Positions 1 through 10,826 of a stretch of 35,165 nt of DNA are shown here, in pieces. Position numbers and translations under genes: made by a program. Position 1 is the first letter of the stretch; every line of letters starts with the position of its first letter. The notes beneath the pieces are model-generated. The model did no database searches. It was not told the origin of the DNA and worked only from the letters and a program-made list of their open reading frames with translations. Source of the DNA: Octopus bimaculoides (taxonomy: Eukaryota); NCBI RefSeq assembly GCF_001194135.2, contig NC_069007.1:12300097-12335261 (forward strand), read 5' to 3'.

Positions 1-281
1 TATATATATATACATTAGTTTGTATATATATATGCATGTATATGTGTGTGTATATATATATATATATATATACACACAAATATATAAACATATATGTATA
101 TAGGCACACACACACACACACACAGACGTAGAGTGATGTGTGTACATGTGTGTTTGGGTATATGTTTGTTTAAATGACTAAATGAGTATGTATATATGTG
201 TGTATGTGTTTGTGTGAGCATACACATACACACACACACACTCACTGATACACTTGCACTTGCACATACATAAGTTTGTGC

Positions 282-315
<34 letters not shown>

Positions 316-316
316 A
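1..316. repeat. Compound (TA)n/(CA)n/(TG)n microsatellite field
   Basis: Visible dinucleotide runs; these produce the HTHT/CVCV ORF at 15-317. Confidence 0.95.
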
Positions 317-566
317 CATACTTTTTTTATGTATTTCACTTATGCGTGCCTGTATGTGAAGTGTGTGCATTGATGTAAGTACATGTTTCTGTGTTTGTTT
401 ACATCAATATTTCAAAATTAAGTCTTAATTCCACAAGATATTTCTTTTATTATTTCCGTGTGCATGTGTGTGTGTACATATATACCTACATATATATATG
501 TGTGTGTGTGCGTATATAATGAATGCATCTATTGATATATTGAAACATTTGGTTCCATTATCTTCA

Positions 567-870
567 ATCATCATCATCATCATCATATGTCCATTTTCCC
601 TGCAGGCATAGGTTGGACGGTTTGACAGAAGCTGGCCAGTCAAAGAGCTGTCCAGTCAAAGAGCTGTCCAGTCAGAGAGCTGTCTAGTCACAGAGCTGTC
701 CAGTCAAAGAGCTGTCCAGTCAAAGAGCTGTCCAGTCAAAGAGCTGTCCAGTCAAAGAGCTGTCTTGGCTCCAATTATCTGTTTTGGTATGGTTTCTACA
801 CCTAAATGCTCTTTCTAATGCCAACCACTATACAGTGTGTGCTGGGTCCTTTTTACTACAGCTGATGCCT
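567..870 (-). mobile_element. Family A (RTE-LINE 3' UTR-type) copy, degenerate
   Basis: (ATC)n tail at left followed by 'gcataggttggacggtttgac' and 'tctaatgccaaccact', matching the reverse complement of the other family A copies. Confidence 0.75.
636..763. repeat. 16-bp minisatellite, 8 copies (CCAGTCAAAGAGCTGT)
   Basis: Counted directly; six perfect units and two variant units. Confidence 0.97.
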
Positions 871-916
871 CTCACACCCAATTTTTCTCTCAATTGACTT
901 ACATTCTGCTGACATT

Positions 917-1239
917 CAGGGCTGTGGAGTTGTAGTCATGGAGTCAGAGTCATGGCATTGGAGTTGTGGAGTCAGAGTCATGGAATCTGGTCGGAAATAA
1001 TTAAAGAGTAGCATGGAGTCAGAGTCAGTAAAACTATACTGACTCCAACTCCAACTCACAATGTCTTTATTCTTTAATATAAACCAGTTATAAGATATAG
1101 GCCTACTCAAAGTACAAGCGTTTACATATGCTTTATGAGATATGTAAACCACAATCACTTAATTACATAAGGAAGAGTCAGAGGTGCCAATAGTAAAGGA
1201 GTCTGAGTCAAAGTCTTTTGTTTTGACTCCACAGCCCTG
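917..1239. mobile_element. hAT-type MITE, 323 bp
   Basis: Perfect 14-bp TIR CAGGGCTGTGGAGT (917-930) / ACTCCACAGCCCTG (1226-1239). Flanking 8-mers CTGACATT / CTATCATT (6/8 match). Internal GGAGTCAGAGTC subrepeats. Confidence 0.85.
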
Positions 1240-1254
1240 CTATCATTACCCATC

Positions 1255-1440
1255 AAGGGCTTCATTTCTTTCAAGCCTTCAGGTATCCTCACTAGGTACA
1301 GCTTGTCTCTCACTACCATGTAGCATAGCTGTCTGTACACAGGTATTATGCAATCTTCCGTTGACTCTGAGAGAGAGTCACTTCATTACCAACAAAGCTA
1401 TCAGCTCCTTGAACTTTGCCCAGCTTGTTGTTATTCTAAC
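1255..1440 (-). pseudogene. RTE-clade LINE ORF2 relic (region C-terminal to the RT domain)
   Basis: Minus-strand translation VRITTSWAKFKELIALLVMK*LSLRVNGRLHNTCVQTAMLHGSERQAVPSEDT*RLERNE resembles the RTE motif R...AW.KF.EL...L...G.LY..CV...MLHGSETW; contains in-frame stops. Confidence 0.8.
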
Positions 1441-1509
1441 AAATATATAGACATATATACAAACATACAATAAGATATTATAACAATAAATCAATATTAT
1501 GATGTATTA

Positions 1510-1672
1510 TTTTCTACTCTAGGCACAAGGTCCAAAATTTTGGGGGATGGGGCCAGTCGATTACATCGACCCCAGTGCGTAACTGGTACTTAATTTATCA
1601 ACCATGAAAGGTGAAGTCGACCGTTAAGCATTTCGCGCAGCATGCTAACATTTCTGCCAGCTCGCTGCCTTC
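1510..1672 (-). mobile_element. Family B tRNA-derived SINE (MetaSINE-like central domain), internally deleted
   Basis: Reverse complement of 'aaggcagcgagctggcagaaatgttagcatg...gtcgacttcacctttcat...taagtaccagttacgcactggggtcgatgtaatcgac', shared with other family B copies. Confidence 0.8.
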
Positions 1673-2369
1673 AATATTATGATGTATCAAATGCTTTACA
1701 ATAGGTGGCTAAAGCAATTAAAAACCCAAAAGGTAGAATACATAAATAAGGGTGCAAAATAGCACCTATGATTGCTGGAAATAACAGCTAAAAAATATAA
1801 CTCGAATGGCCACACAAAATCACCAGCCTCATGAGATGTTTGAAGGGATTGTGAGTGGCAAGCCACATCTTACTCCAGTGAGATACAATTCAATGAATAT
1901 ATATATATGTATATATATGTGTGTGTGTGTATATATATATCACATTAAATGTGTGTTTCTTTGTGTGTGGGGGGTATTGAGAAATATTTGGAACAGACTG
2001 TAGATGCAGTAATCAATATCAGTTCCTTATAATACATTGGGTAAAAAGCCCCTTGATGACAGAAACAAGTGGACAGAATCACCTACTGGTATTGAGCCAC
2101 ATGTTGATCATGCAACTGAATGACCATGATAAATATTACATCAAAGTGACCTGACAACTCTCAACCGTTGGAATTAGAAATGTCATTTGATTCTCTCAGG
2201 TGATTTTGACCACTTTAGTCCATTATGAAAGGGGCTAATTTAGCTTTACACAAAGAACGATTATCTATAACTCCTTCCGTATCGTAATGGCATATAAAAG
2301 GAATCTTTGATATATGTGTGTGTGTGTGTATGTTGATGCGTGAATGTGTGTAATATTATTATATGTGAT

Positions 2370-2632
2370 AAATAAAAGACCAAGATATCTGGTGCCGTGT
2401 TGTACTGAAGAAGACCCATCCACCACAGCAGAATTGATACCAGTGCTGGTCCCACATAAAAAGCACCTAGTACTCTCTGTGGAGTGGTTAGTGTTAGGAA
2501 GGGCATCCAGCCATAGAAACAATGTCAAATCAGACAATAGAGTCAGGTGCAGCCCCTGGGCTTACCATCTCCAGTCAAGCCATCCACCCCATGCCAGCCT
2601 GGAAAACAGAGATTAAATGATGATTATGATGA
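2370..2632 (+). mobile_element. Family A RTE-type 3' end
   Basis: 'gtggttagtgttaggaagggcatccagcc...ccatgccagcctggaaaacagagattaaatgatgat' tail. Confidence 0.8.
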
Positions 2633-2654
2633 TGATATATTTACACATATATAT

Positions 2655-3003
2655 ATACATGTATAATCGTGATGGCACCTGTGCCCAGTGTCGCCTTCCC
2701 AGTGTAAGACATTCAAGCGAGATCGTTGCCAGTGCCGCTGGACTGGCTCTTGTGCAGGTGGCACATAAAATACACCATTTTGAGTGTGGCCATTGCCAGT
2801 ACCGCCTGACTGGCCTTCGTGCCGGTGGTACGTAAAAGCACCCACTACACTCTCGGAGTGGTTGGTGTTAGGAAGGGCATCCAGCTGTAGAAACTCTGCC
2901 AAATCAGGTTGGAGCCAGGTGTAGCCACCTGGTTCACCAGTCCTCAGTCAAATCGTCCAACCCATGCTAGCATGGAAACCGAACGTTAAACGATGATGAT
3001 GAT
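2655..3003 (+). mobile_element. Family A RTE-type 3' end, well conserved
   Basis: Near identical to 21990-22263; ends 'gaacgttaaacgatgatgatga'. Confidence 0.9.
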
Positions 3004-4020
3004 ATATTTACACATATATATATACATGTATAATCGTGATGGCACCTGTGCCCAGTGTCGCCTTCCCAGTGTAAGACATTCAAGCGNNNNNNNNNNNNNN
3101 NNNNNNNNNNNNNNNNNNNNNNNNNNNNNNNNNNNNNNNNNNNNNNNNNNNNNNNNNNNNNNNNNNNNNNNNNNNNNNNNNNNNNNNNNNNNNNNNNNNN
3201 NNNNNNNNNNNNNNNNNNNNNNNNNNNNNNNNNNNNNNNNNNNNNNNNNNNNNNNNNNNNNNNNNNNNNNNNNNNNNNNNNNNNNNNNNNNNNNNNNNNN
3301 NNNNNNNNNNNNNNNNNNNNNNNNNNNNNNNNNNNNNNNNNNNNNNNNNNNNNNNNNNNNNNNNNNNNNNNNNNNNNNNNNNNNNNNNNNNNNNNNNNNN
3401 NNNNNNNNNNNNNNNNNNNNNNNNNNNNNNNNNNNNNNNNNNNNNNNNNNNNNNNNNNNNNNNNNNNNNNNNNNNNNNNNNNNNNNNNNNNNNNNNNNNN
3501 NNNNNNNNNNNNNNNNNNNNNNNNNNNNNNNNNNNNNNNNNNNNNNNNNNNNNNNNNNNNNNNNNNNNNNNNNNNNNNNNNNNNNNNNNNNNNNNNNNNN
3601 NNNNNNNNNNNNNNNNNNNNNNNNNNNNNNNNNNNNNNNNNNNNNNNNNNNNNNNNNNNNNNNNNNNNNNNNNNNNNNNNNNNNNNNNNNNNNNNNNNNN
3701 NNNNNNNNNNNNNNNNNNNNNNNNNNNNNNNNNNNNNNNNNNNNNNNNNNNNNNNNNNNNNNNNNNNNNNNNNNNNNNNNNNNNNNNNNNNNNNNNNNNN
3801 NNNNNNNNNNNNNNNNNNNNNNNNNNNNNNNNNNNNNNNNNNNNNNNNNNNNNNNNNNNNNNNNNNNNNNNNNNNNNNNNNNNNNNNNNNNNNNNNNNNN
3901 NNNNNNNNNNNNNNNNNNNNNNNNNNNNNNNNNNNNNNNNNNNNNNNNNNNNNNNNNNNNNNNNNNNNNNNNNNNNNNNNNNNNNNNNNNNNNNNNNNNN
4001 NNNNNNNNNNNNNNNNNNNN

Positions 4021-4281
4021 CGCACTGGAGTCGATGTAATCGACTTAATCCGTTCGTCTGTTCTTGTTTGTTCCCTCTATGTTTAGCCCCTTGTGGGCAA
4101 TAACGAAATAGGTATTTCGTCTGTCTTTGCATTCTGAGTTCAAATTCCGCCGAAGTCGATTTTGCCTTTCATCCTTTCAGGGTCGATTAAATAAGTACCA
4201 GTTGCATACTGACTTCAATCTAATCGACTGGCCCTCTCCCCCAAAATTTTGGACCTTGTGCCTAGAGTAGAAAAGAATATT
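4021..4281 (+). mobile_element. Family B SINE; two partial units head to tail
   Basis: 'gagttcaaattccgccgaagtcgattttgcctttcatcctttcagggtcgattaaataagtaccag' (B-box plus Meta-like domain). Confidence 0.85.
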
Positions 4282-4345
4282 GGAAACGACAGACACAGCT
4301 TACATGAGAAAGGTTGTGCTATTTTTAATTTATTATTACTACATT

Positions 4346-4549
4346 ACGAGATGTACTTGCATAGCAAGTGACCTGATCTGAGATCGTGTGCTGGAACGAA
4401 AACAGTTGCAGCGTGGAAGATGTTTATAAGCCATTTAAAATAACACACAAAATCCGTTAGATTCACTTCAACATTTAAATTTAATTTGTCAAAAATATTT
4501 TCATCGCTTTGAGATCGCGACCTGTTCACTGACATAATTCTGTGCTGCA
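4346..4549 (-). mobile_element. 204-bp retroposed element with hammerhead-like motif (Penelope-like end)
   Basis: 12-bp direct repeats TATTACTACATT at 4334-4345 and 4550-4561; hammerhead geometry at 4488-4533 on the minus strand. Confidence 0.65.
4488..4533 (-). ncRNA. Minimal type-I hammerhead-like motif, G3-C8 variant core
   Basis: gtca-GTGAACA-g-gtcgc-gatctcaaa-gcgat-GAAA-ATAT-T-T-t-tgac: helix I gtca/tgac, helix II 5 bp, palindromic stem III AATATT. Confidence 0.55.
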
Positions 4550-4959
4550 TATTACTACATTTTTTTTTATGAACTTTTGTGTCCCTGAGAATTTTGTATC
4601 GAAGGCAACTGTTCCTATGGCCCCTACCACCTATGCAACAACACTGGAGGGAAAAAATATGTATATTTGAGCACATATATGTGTTGTTAGTCCGTGAGTG
4701 TGCTATGTAATGTCTGAGTCATTTAGAAGTAGGGCTTTTCAGATAAAGAAGTATGAACATTAGGCATGTTTTATATAACAGCGTGTGTGTTATAGGATAT
4801 CCACACACACACAGACATTCCCACACATAGACTGTCTCTATCTCTCTCGCGCACACATACACACACATATTCTCAGTCTATTGTCTTTAGTGATTACGTA
4901 GTACATTAAAAATACCATAGGAAACACCGCGATTGTTGTAGTCAATACAACAGCCACTG

Positions 4960-6095
4960 TGACAAAATTCACTACCATTGTCACCATCACCACCACCATC
5001 ATCTTTACTATCACCACCACCACCACCTCCATCACCAGCAACAAGAAAACACAGCAGCCAGTAACACCACTACCATCGCACATGCAATACCACCACCATC
5101 ACCACTACCACCACCGCTGCTACTACTCAACCAAAACCATTACTACAATTATAACCACTATCATCATCACCACAGCCACTACCACCACCACATTATCACC
5201 ACACATGCTATACTGCCACTACTACTATAACCACTACTACACCACCACCACCGCCACCATACTGTTGCAATCAATATTCCATCAGTGAACATTTACCAAA
5301 ACACTAAACCGCCCACCCCCAACACTCTCCACCCCAAAATCTTTCTTCATTAAAAACTCAACTTCAATTTAACTCATTATCTTTTTTCCACTGTTCTACT
5401 ACTACTTGTTGTTGTTGTTGTTGTTGTTGCAGCAGTTGCTGTTGTATCTGTTGTGGTGGTGGTGGTGGTGGCAGCAGTGGTGGTTTCTCGTTTTATTTCA
5501 CATCAAAATTGTTTTATTCGTCTCAGAAGTAATTATTATTGTTGCTGTTGTTATCGTCATCATCGTTATCACCATTCTCCTCCTCCGCATCATCATCATC
5601 ATCATCACCATTGCTGTCACTGTCCTCACTGTCATCACCATCATCATCACCATCATCATCAATATCACCATCACTGACTCCACAATGATGATGATCACCA
5701 TCACCAATTCCATCATTATCATCATCATCATCGTCATCATCGTCATCATCATCTTCATTGTCATCATCATCATCATCATCATCAACCTCATCACATCATC
5801 ATCATCATCATCACCATTGCTGTCACTGTCATCACCATCATCATCATCATCACCAATGCCATTACGATCATCATGATCGTCATCATTGTCATCATCTTCA
5901 TTGTAATCATCATCATCATCATCATCATCCTCATTATCATCACCATCATCATCACTATCATTATTATTACTATCATCATTATCATCACCACAACATCATC
6001 ATCATCATCATCATTAACCTCATCACATCATCACCATCATCATCATCATCATCACCATCATTACCATCACCGTCATCATCATCCCCATCATCGTC
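4960..6095. repeat. (CAC)n/(CAT)n/(GTT)n/(GGT)n trinucleotide field
   Basis: Visible; source of the poly-H/I/S/M/T ORFs. Confidence 0.95.
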
Positions 6096-6480
6096 CTTTC
6101 CCCACACACTCCTCTCTTCCTCTACCCTCAAATCCATTTTTTATTTTATTTACCAGTATTTTATTATCTTCTGCTCAAAATCCTCTGCATATATTCCAGT
6201 GATGCCTGCTTATGTTATTTGCAATATACTGCTTATATCTGTAAGCCCTGGGATTTAGGGGATTATGCATTTGTCTGTACCTTTCCTAAACCACTTACAT
6301 TTATCGAAATAGTTTCTTTTTTCCTTTATGTTTTTTTATGGCCCCAACATTCCGGTTATCTCTATTTCCAGATCTTTTTTTCATATTTGACCGAGTTTTC
6401 CATTTCTTTTCAACAGAGATCAACCTTTTTGTTGTGACTGATACAATGACCCAGCTGCCACTTCCTTTCTTAATTGCATT

Positions 6481-6588
6481 TGATAATAATATCTAGTCAT
6501 AAGAATTATATTCATTGATAACAATATCTAGTCATTAGTAATATTATATTTAATGATAACAATATCTGGTCGTTAATAATATATTTAT
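6481..6588. repeat. ~36-bp AT-rich tandem, 3 copies (TGATAACAATATCTAGTCAT...)
   Basis: Units start at 6481, 6516 and 6554. Confidence 0.85.
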
Positions 6589-6589
6589 T

Positions 6590-6920
6590 ATTCAAATTCT
6601 GTTGAGGTCAACTTTATCTTTCATCCTTTCATGGGTCAATAAATTAAGTACCAGTTGACCACGGGGGTCAATGTATTCAACTTACCCCCACCCCACCCTG
6701 CCCACGCCCACAATATTACTGGCCAAATTTTTAAAACCAACATTATCATTATTATCAAGATGGCAAGCTGATGGAATGGTTAGCATGCTGGGTAAAATGC
6801 TTAGCGGCATTTCGTCTGTCCTTTTGTTCTGAGTTCAAATTCCACCAAGGTCGACTTTGCCTTTCATCCTTTCAGGGTCGATAAAATAAGTACCAGTTGA
6901 AAACTAGGGTCAATGTAATT
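6590..6920 (+). mobile_element. Two adjacent family B SINE copies (6590-6755 lacks its 5' end; 6757-6920 lacks its 3' end)
   Basis: Both carry 'tcaaattc...gaggtcaactt/aaggtcgactttgcctttcatcctttca.ggtc.ataaa.taagtaccagttga'. Confidence 0.85.
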
Positions 6921-6984
6921 CCTAAATTTGGTTGTTACTAATAGCCAATTGAACGGCCATGAGGTCACTCTCCCATCAATTCAG

Positions 6985-7360
6985 TGTGATGGTGGTGGTG
7001 GTGGTGGTTTTGGTGGTGGTGGTGGTGGGTGCTGTCATTGCTCTAAAGTTGAATTGATTTAGTTTACCATGTTGTTGTTGTGGTGGTGGTGGTGGTGGGT
7101 GCTGTTGCTCTAAAGTTGAATTTAATTGATTTAGTTTACCTTGTTGTTGTAGTTGTTGTCGTTATTGTGGTGGTGGTGGTATGTAGCAATAATAGTAGTA
7201 GTAGTAGTAGTTGTTGTTGTTGCTACTATTATTTTGATGATTGAATTTAATTAAATTTATTTTTTTTTAGATTGCTGTTAATGTTGTAGCTGTTGTTGTT
7301 GTTGAAGTTGTTGTAGCTGCTGTAGTTGTTTTAGGTGTTGTTGTTGTTGTAGTTGTCTTA
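6985..7360. repeat. (GGT)n/(GTT)n/(GTA)n field containing a ~65-bp tandem duplication (7015-7150)
   Basis: 'gggtgctgt..tgctctaaagttgaatt..gatttagtttacc' occurs twice. Confidence 0.9.
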
Positions 7361-7717
7361 AATAGCTGTTTCCACAAATAATAGTCCAATTCTAAAACAG
7401 ACAAGAGAAACGAAATGGGGGAGGGAAGGGGGGAAGGAGGAAACAAAGCAAAACTCCTAGAAGCTCCATCCCTACACCCCCCCTCATAACACCCTCCCTT
7501 CCTAAAAATAAACAAAACCAGCAATGGTTCCCAGTTATCCTCGGTTGACTGGGGCTCCTTGTCTGTTTAATGGGGGCTGGGACACTAACAAAACAACAAC
7601 AACATCGATTACTATTATAGCAACACTAATCAAGCTTCTATGTGGTCTCTTTATCAGCTAAAATAGCAGCCACGATCTTAAAAGGTAAACATTGAACAAG
7701 GTGTTTTCAGGCCACAG

Positions 7718-7925
7718 TTCATCACCATTATCCTCATTTAAAGTCCACTTTTCTTTGAGTCAGATGGAGTTTATTGCTGCAGATTTTCTGTGGTCTGATG
7801 CCCTTCCTGTTGGGAACCTTTACCTGTTTCTAAATGAAGTGATGTTTCCCCATGCCGGGACTTATTCTTGCGGAATATTGGAAATGAACGATACTGCTTG
7901 TATAACAGTGACACTCGTTTACAAT
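7718..7925 (-). mobile_element. Family A-related RTE-type tail, divergent subfamily
   Basis: 'ctgatgcccttcctgttgggaacc' matches the reverse complement of the family A motif 'ggttggcgttaggaagggcatccag'; a degenerate (ATC)n lies at left. Confidence 0.55.
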
Positions 7926-7928
7926 TGA

Positions 7929-8096
7929 TCACTGAAAGTGGATGGAAGTTGTGGAAGAGGGAGATCCAGGAAGACATGGGATGAAATACTGAAGGCTGAT
8001 CTCAGAACACTGAACCTTATGAAGGAGACGACAAAGGACCGAGATATGTGGTGCATTGCTGTACTTGATAAGACCCACACACCAAGACAGAATTGA
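7929..8096 (+). pseudogene. RTE LINE ORF2 extreme C-terminus
   Basis: SLKVDGSCGRGRSRKTWDEILKADLRTLNLMKETTKDRDMWCIAVLDKTHTPRQN*, with the RTE GRGRP.K.W...DL...DR..W motif. Confidence 0.85.
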
Positions 8097-8290
8097 GATC
8101 CTAAAACCAAGGTGCCACATGAAAAACACTGGTGCTGGTGGCACATAAAAGACACTGCTGATGGTGCCACATGAAAAACACTGGTGATGGTGCCACATAA
8201 GAAGCACTGGTGATGGTACCACATAAGAAGCATTCACTACATGTTGTAGAGACGTTGGCACTAGGAAAGGCGTCCAGCTATATAGATCGT
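8097..8290 (+). mobile_element. RTE 3' UTR (family A) with a 26-bp tandem, ~5 copies (8111-8232)
   Basis: Unit GGTGCCACATGAAAAACACTGGTGCT, then 'gttggcactaggaaaggcgtccagc'. Confidence 0.8.
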
Positions 8291-8959
8291 GTCAAAGCAG
8301 ACTATGTACNNNNNNNNNNNNNNNNNNNNNNNNNNNNNNNNNNNNNNNNNNNNNNNNNNNNNNNNNNNNNNNNNNNNNNNNNNNNNNNNNNNNNNNNNNN
8401 NNNNNNNNNNNNNNNNNNNNNNNNNNNNNNNNNNNNNNNNNNNNNNNNNNNNNNNNNNNNNNNNNNNNNNNNNNNNNNNNNNNNNNNNNNNNAAATAGAC
8501 ATATATACATACATACAAATAGACATATATACATACATACACACATACATACGTATGCACATACGTACATACACACATACATACACACATAATACAGACA
8601 GACAGACAGACATACACACATACATACATACATACGTACATACATAAGGCTTCTCAAAACTAGAAAGGAGAAAGCTATTTTGAAGACTACAGATCCAATC
8701 TATCATTGGAACTGTAAAATTCTGTAAAACTTTCCAGAAGTTTATCATTGAAATATATATATGAGCATGTTTAGATATGCAGCTATATGCATGAGAATAC
8801 ATACATACATACATACATACATGCAAACAAGCAAAAATACCCTGTTGTTGATGTTGAAATTCCAATGATGGAACCTTGGGTTTAGGTTAGAGACCGGTTC
8901 TGTCTCTATTGGCAAGATATCTTGAAATAAAATGGAATAATGACATACATACATACAAA

Positions 8960-9108
8960 GAGCTTCCTTCAGTTTCCATCTACCAAGTTAATTCAGAATG
9001 CCAGGGTTGTAGTAGAAGACATTTGCTGAAGATGCTGCACAGTAGAACTGAACCCAGAGCTATCTGGTTAGAAAGCTACCTTCTTGACCCCACAACTATG
9101 CCTGTACC
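8960..9108 (-). mobile_element. Family C SINE (CORE-like), 5' part, degenerate
   Basis: 'tcagtttccatctacc...gtagtagaagacatttgc...gaactgaacccag' matches 9910-10070. Confidence 0.7.
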
Positions 9109-9109
9109 A

Positions 9110-9580
9110 CATAGGAAAAAGAACAGGATGGTTATGGTTGGAATACTTCTGATCATAAATCTGCTCCAACAAGACTGGCCTGGGAGAGAAACAATAGTAA
9201 CCAATGCAGTCATTTGACATGCTAGATATAACAACCATATCTCCCTCAAATAGTATCTTACACTCTCAGATAGGAACAGTGGATGATATGATCCTTGGGT
9301 ATTAAAAAAGATGGGATGGTCATGGTTGAAAAACTTTTGATCATAGGTCTATTCAATCAGAACTAACCTTTGTTAAAAACACACAATAGCTTACTCAACT
9401 TACTAGAAATAACAGCCAAAGATCTCTCAAATCACAATCTGCTATCTTAAAACAGATCACATTGGATAGTGTTGTCCTATATTACCTGAACACAGAAAAA
9501 AGTGTGATGGTCATGGCTAGGGTGCCTATGACAATAGGCCTGTTCAGTCAGGGTTAAGCTTGGATTCAACAACAGCACCA
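9110..9580 (+). repeat. Family D: ~190-bp degenerate unit in head-to-tail array (~2.5 copies)
   Basis: Recurring 'ctagaaataacagccaa..atctc.ctcaaat' and 'aaaaaag.tgggatggtcatggtt/ctgga...tttgatcatagg'. Confidence 0.65.
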
Positions 9581-9628
9581 CACCACCACACCTATGACTG
9601 CAAAAAACCCTTAAGGGGATTTTGTAGC

Positions 9629-9861
9629 CTCTCTCTTTCTCTTTTCTCTTTTACTTGTTTCAGTCATTTGGCTGTGGCCATGCTGGAGCACCACCTTTTA
9701 GTTGAGTTAATCGACCCCGGGACTTATTCTTTGTAAGCCTAGTACTTATTCTATCAGTCTCTTTAGCCGAACCGCTAAGTTACACAGACGTAAACACACC
9801 AGCATCAGTTGTCAAGCGATGTTGGGGGGACAAACACAGACACACAAACATATACACACAC

Positions 9862-9900
<39 letters not shown>

Positions 9901-10076
9901 TACGACAGGCTTCTTTTAGTTTCTGTCTACCAAATCCACTCACAAGGCTTTGGTCGGCCCGAGGCTATAGTAGAAGACACTTGCCCAAGGTGCCATGCAG
10001 TGGGACTGAACCCAGAACCATGTGGTTGGTAAGCAAGCTACTTACCACACGGCCACAACCACTCCTACGCCTGTGT
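9629..10076 (-). mobile_element. Family C tRNA-derived CORE-like SINE, full length, with internal (TA)n
   Basis: Minus strand: A-box-like 'tggccgtgtggtaag', B-box-like 'ggttcagtccc', CORE-like 'gcaccttgggcaagtgtcttctactatagcctc', 3' (AAGAG)n tail. Confidence 0.9.
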
Positions 10077-10826
10077 AAAACTTCTGAAATTTGGGGGCTG
10101 AAATGATTCAATCTGAAACCATCTTGGAGTTGAAGCCAATAAATGATAGAACAAACTTTTTAATCTCTAAAACCACACAAGAATTCTTAAATTCCTTGTT
10201 TTATTTATTCTATGAGTTGTCACCATTATCATCCCGCCATGGACATCGACATAATTCCACTGCAATAAAGTTTTAAAAAATACACATTTGTCAAAATTTA
10301 ATGAAATTTATATTTAATACTTTTTCTCTTGAGGAAATATTCTTCAGTTATTGTTTACAATAAATGTTGCCTTGTGCCTCTAATTATGCCTCCCCTATCA
10401 CTCTCATTTATGAATGCTGGCTTTATTAGTATTACAATAGAAATGTAGCCATTACTTTTTTAAATGTTAAAATTTATGAAGAAAATGTCCAAGTTCCGTC
10501 ATCATTGTCCAACAAAGACAGATACTTCTCCTAAAACTTGGCATTAAATCACCAAAAATTTCTTAAGATATGAATTATAATCTGATATAATAATAAAAAT
10601 AAATTTCTTAGGTCGTTGCCTTTTTTACTGTTACCACCACCACCATCACTACGATAACAATAAATCATTGCAGTTTTCAGTTTATGGTTATATGTACAGG
10701 TTGGTTATATATAAGTGATGGTTATATATTAGTCTATGGTTATTCACTAGCTGACCACGTTAATTGTAGTATTTTATACATAAATAAGGTACATAATAAT
10801 TTCAGATACAAACATTCACATACTTC

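Noticed and set aside
636-763. CRISPR-like array
   Set aside because: Contiguous units without spacers, in eukaryotic DNA and inside an RTE tail; the same applies to 8111-8232.
2967-4132. ORFs of about 350 aa (also 18416-19594, 28867-29469, 31431-32096, 11255-11766 and 8210-8865)
   Set aside because: They consist almost entirely of N-gap codons.
4838-6258. Poly-His/Ile/Thr/Met ORFs, and the poly-Asp ORF at 19863-20210
   Set aside because: They are translations of trinucleotide microsatellites in several frames at once, with no splice support.
8860-8915. Hammerhead-like hairpin (aacct/aggtt, ACCGGT palindrome)
   Set aside because: Both core boxes deviate (ATGATGG, GAGA) and helix I is out of register.
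10190-10265. Minus-strand acceptor with the short peptide ELCRCPWRDDNGDNS* followed by AATAAA
   Set aside because: Too short to support, and no linked upstream exon could be identified.
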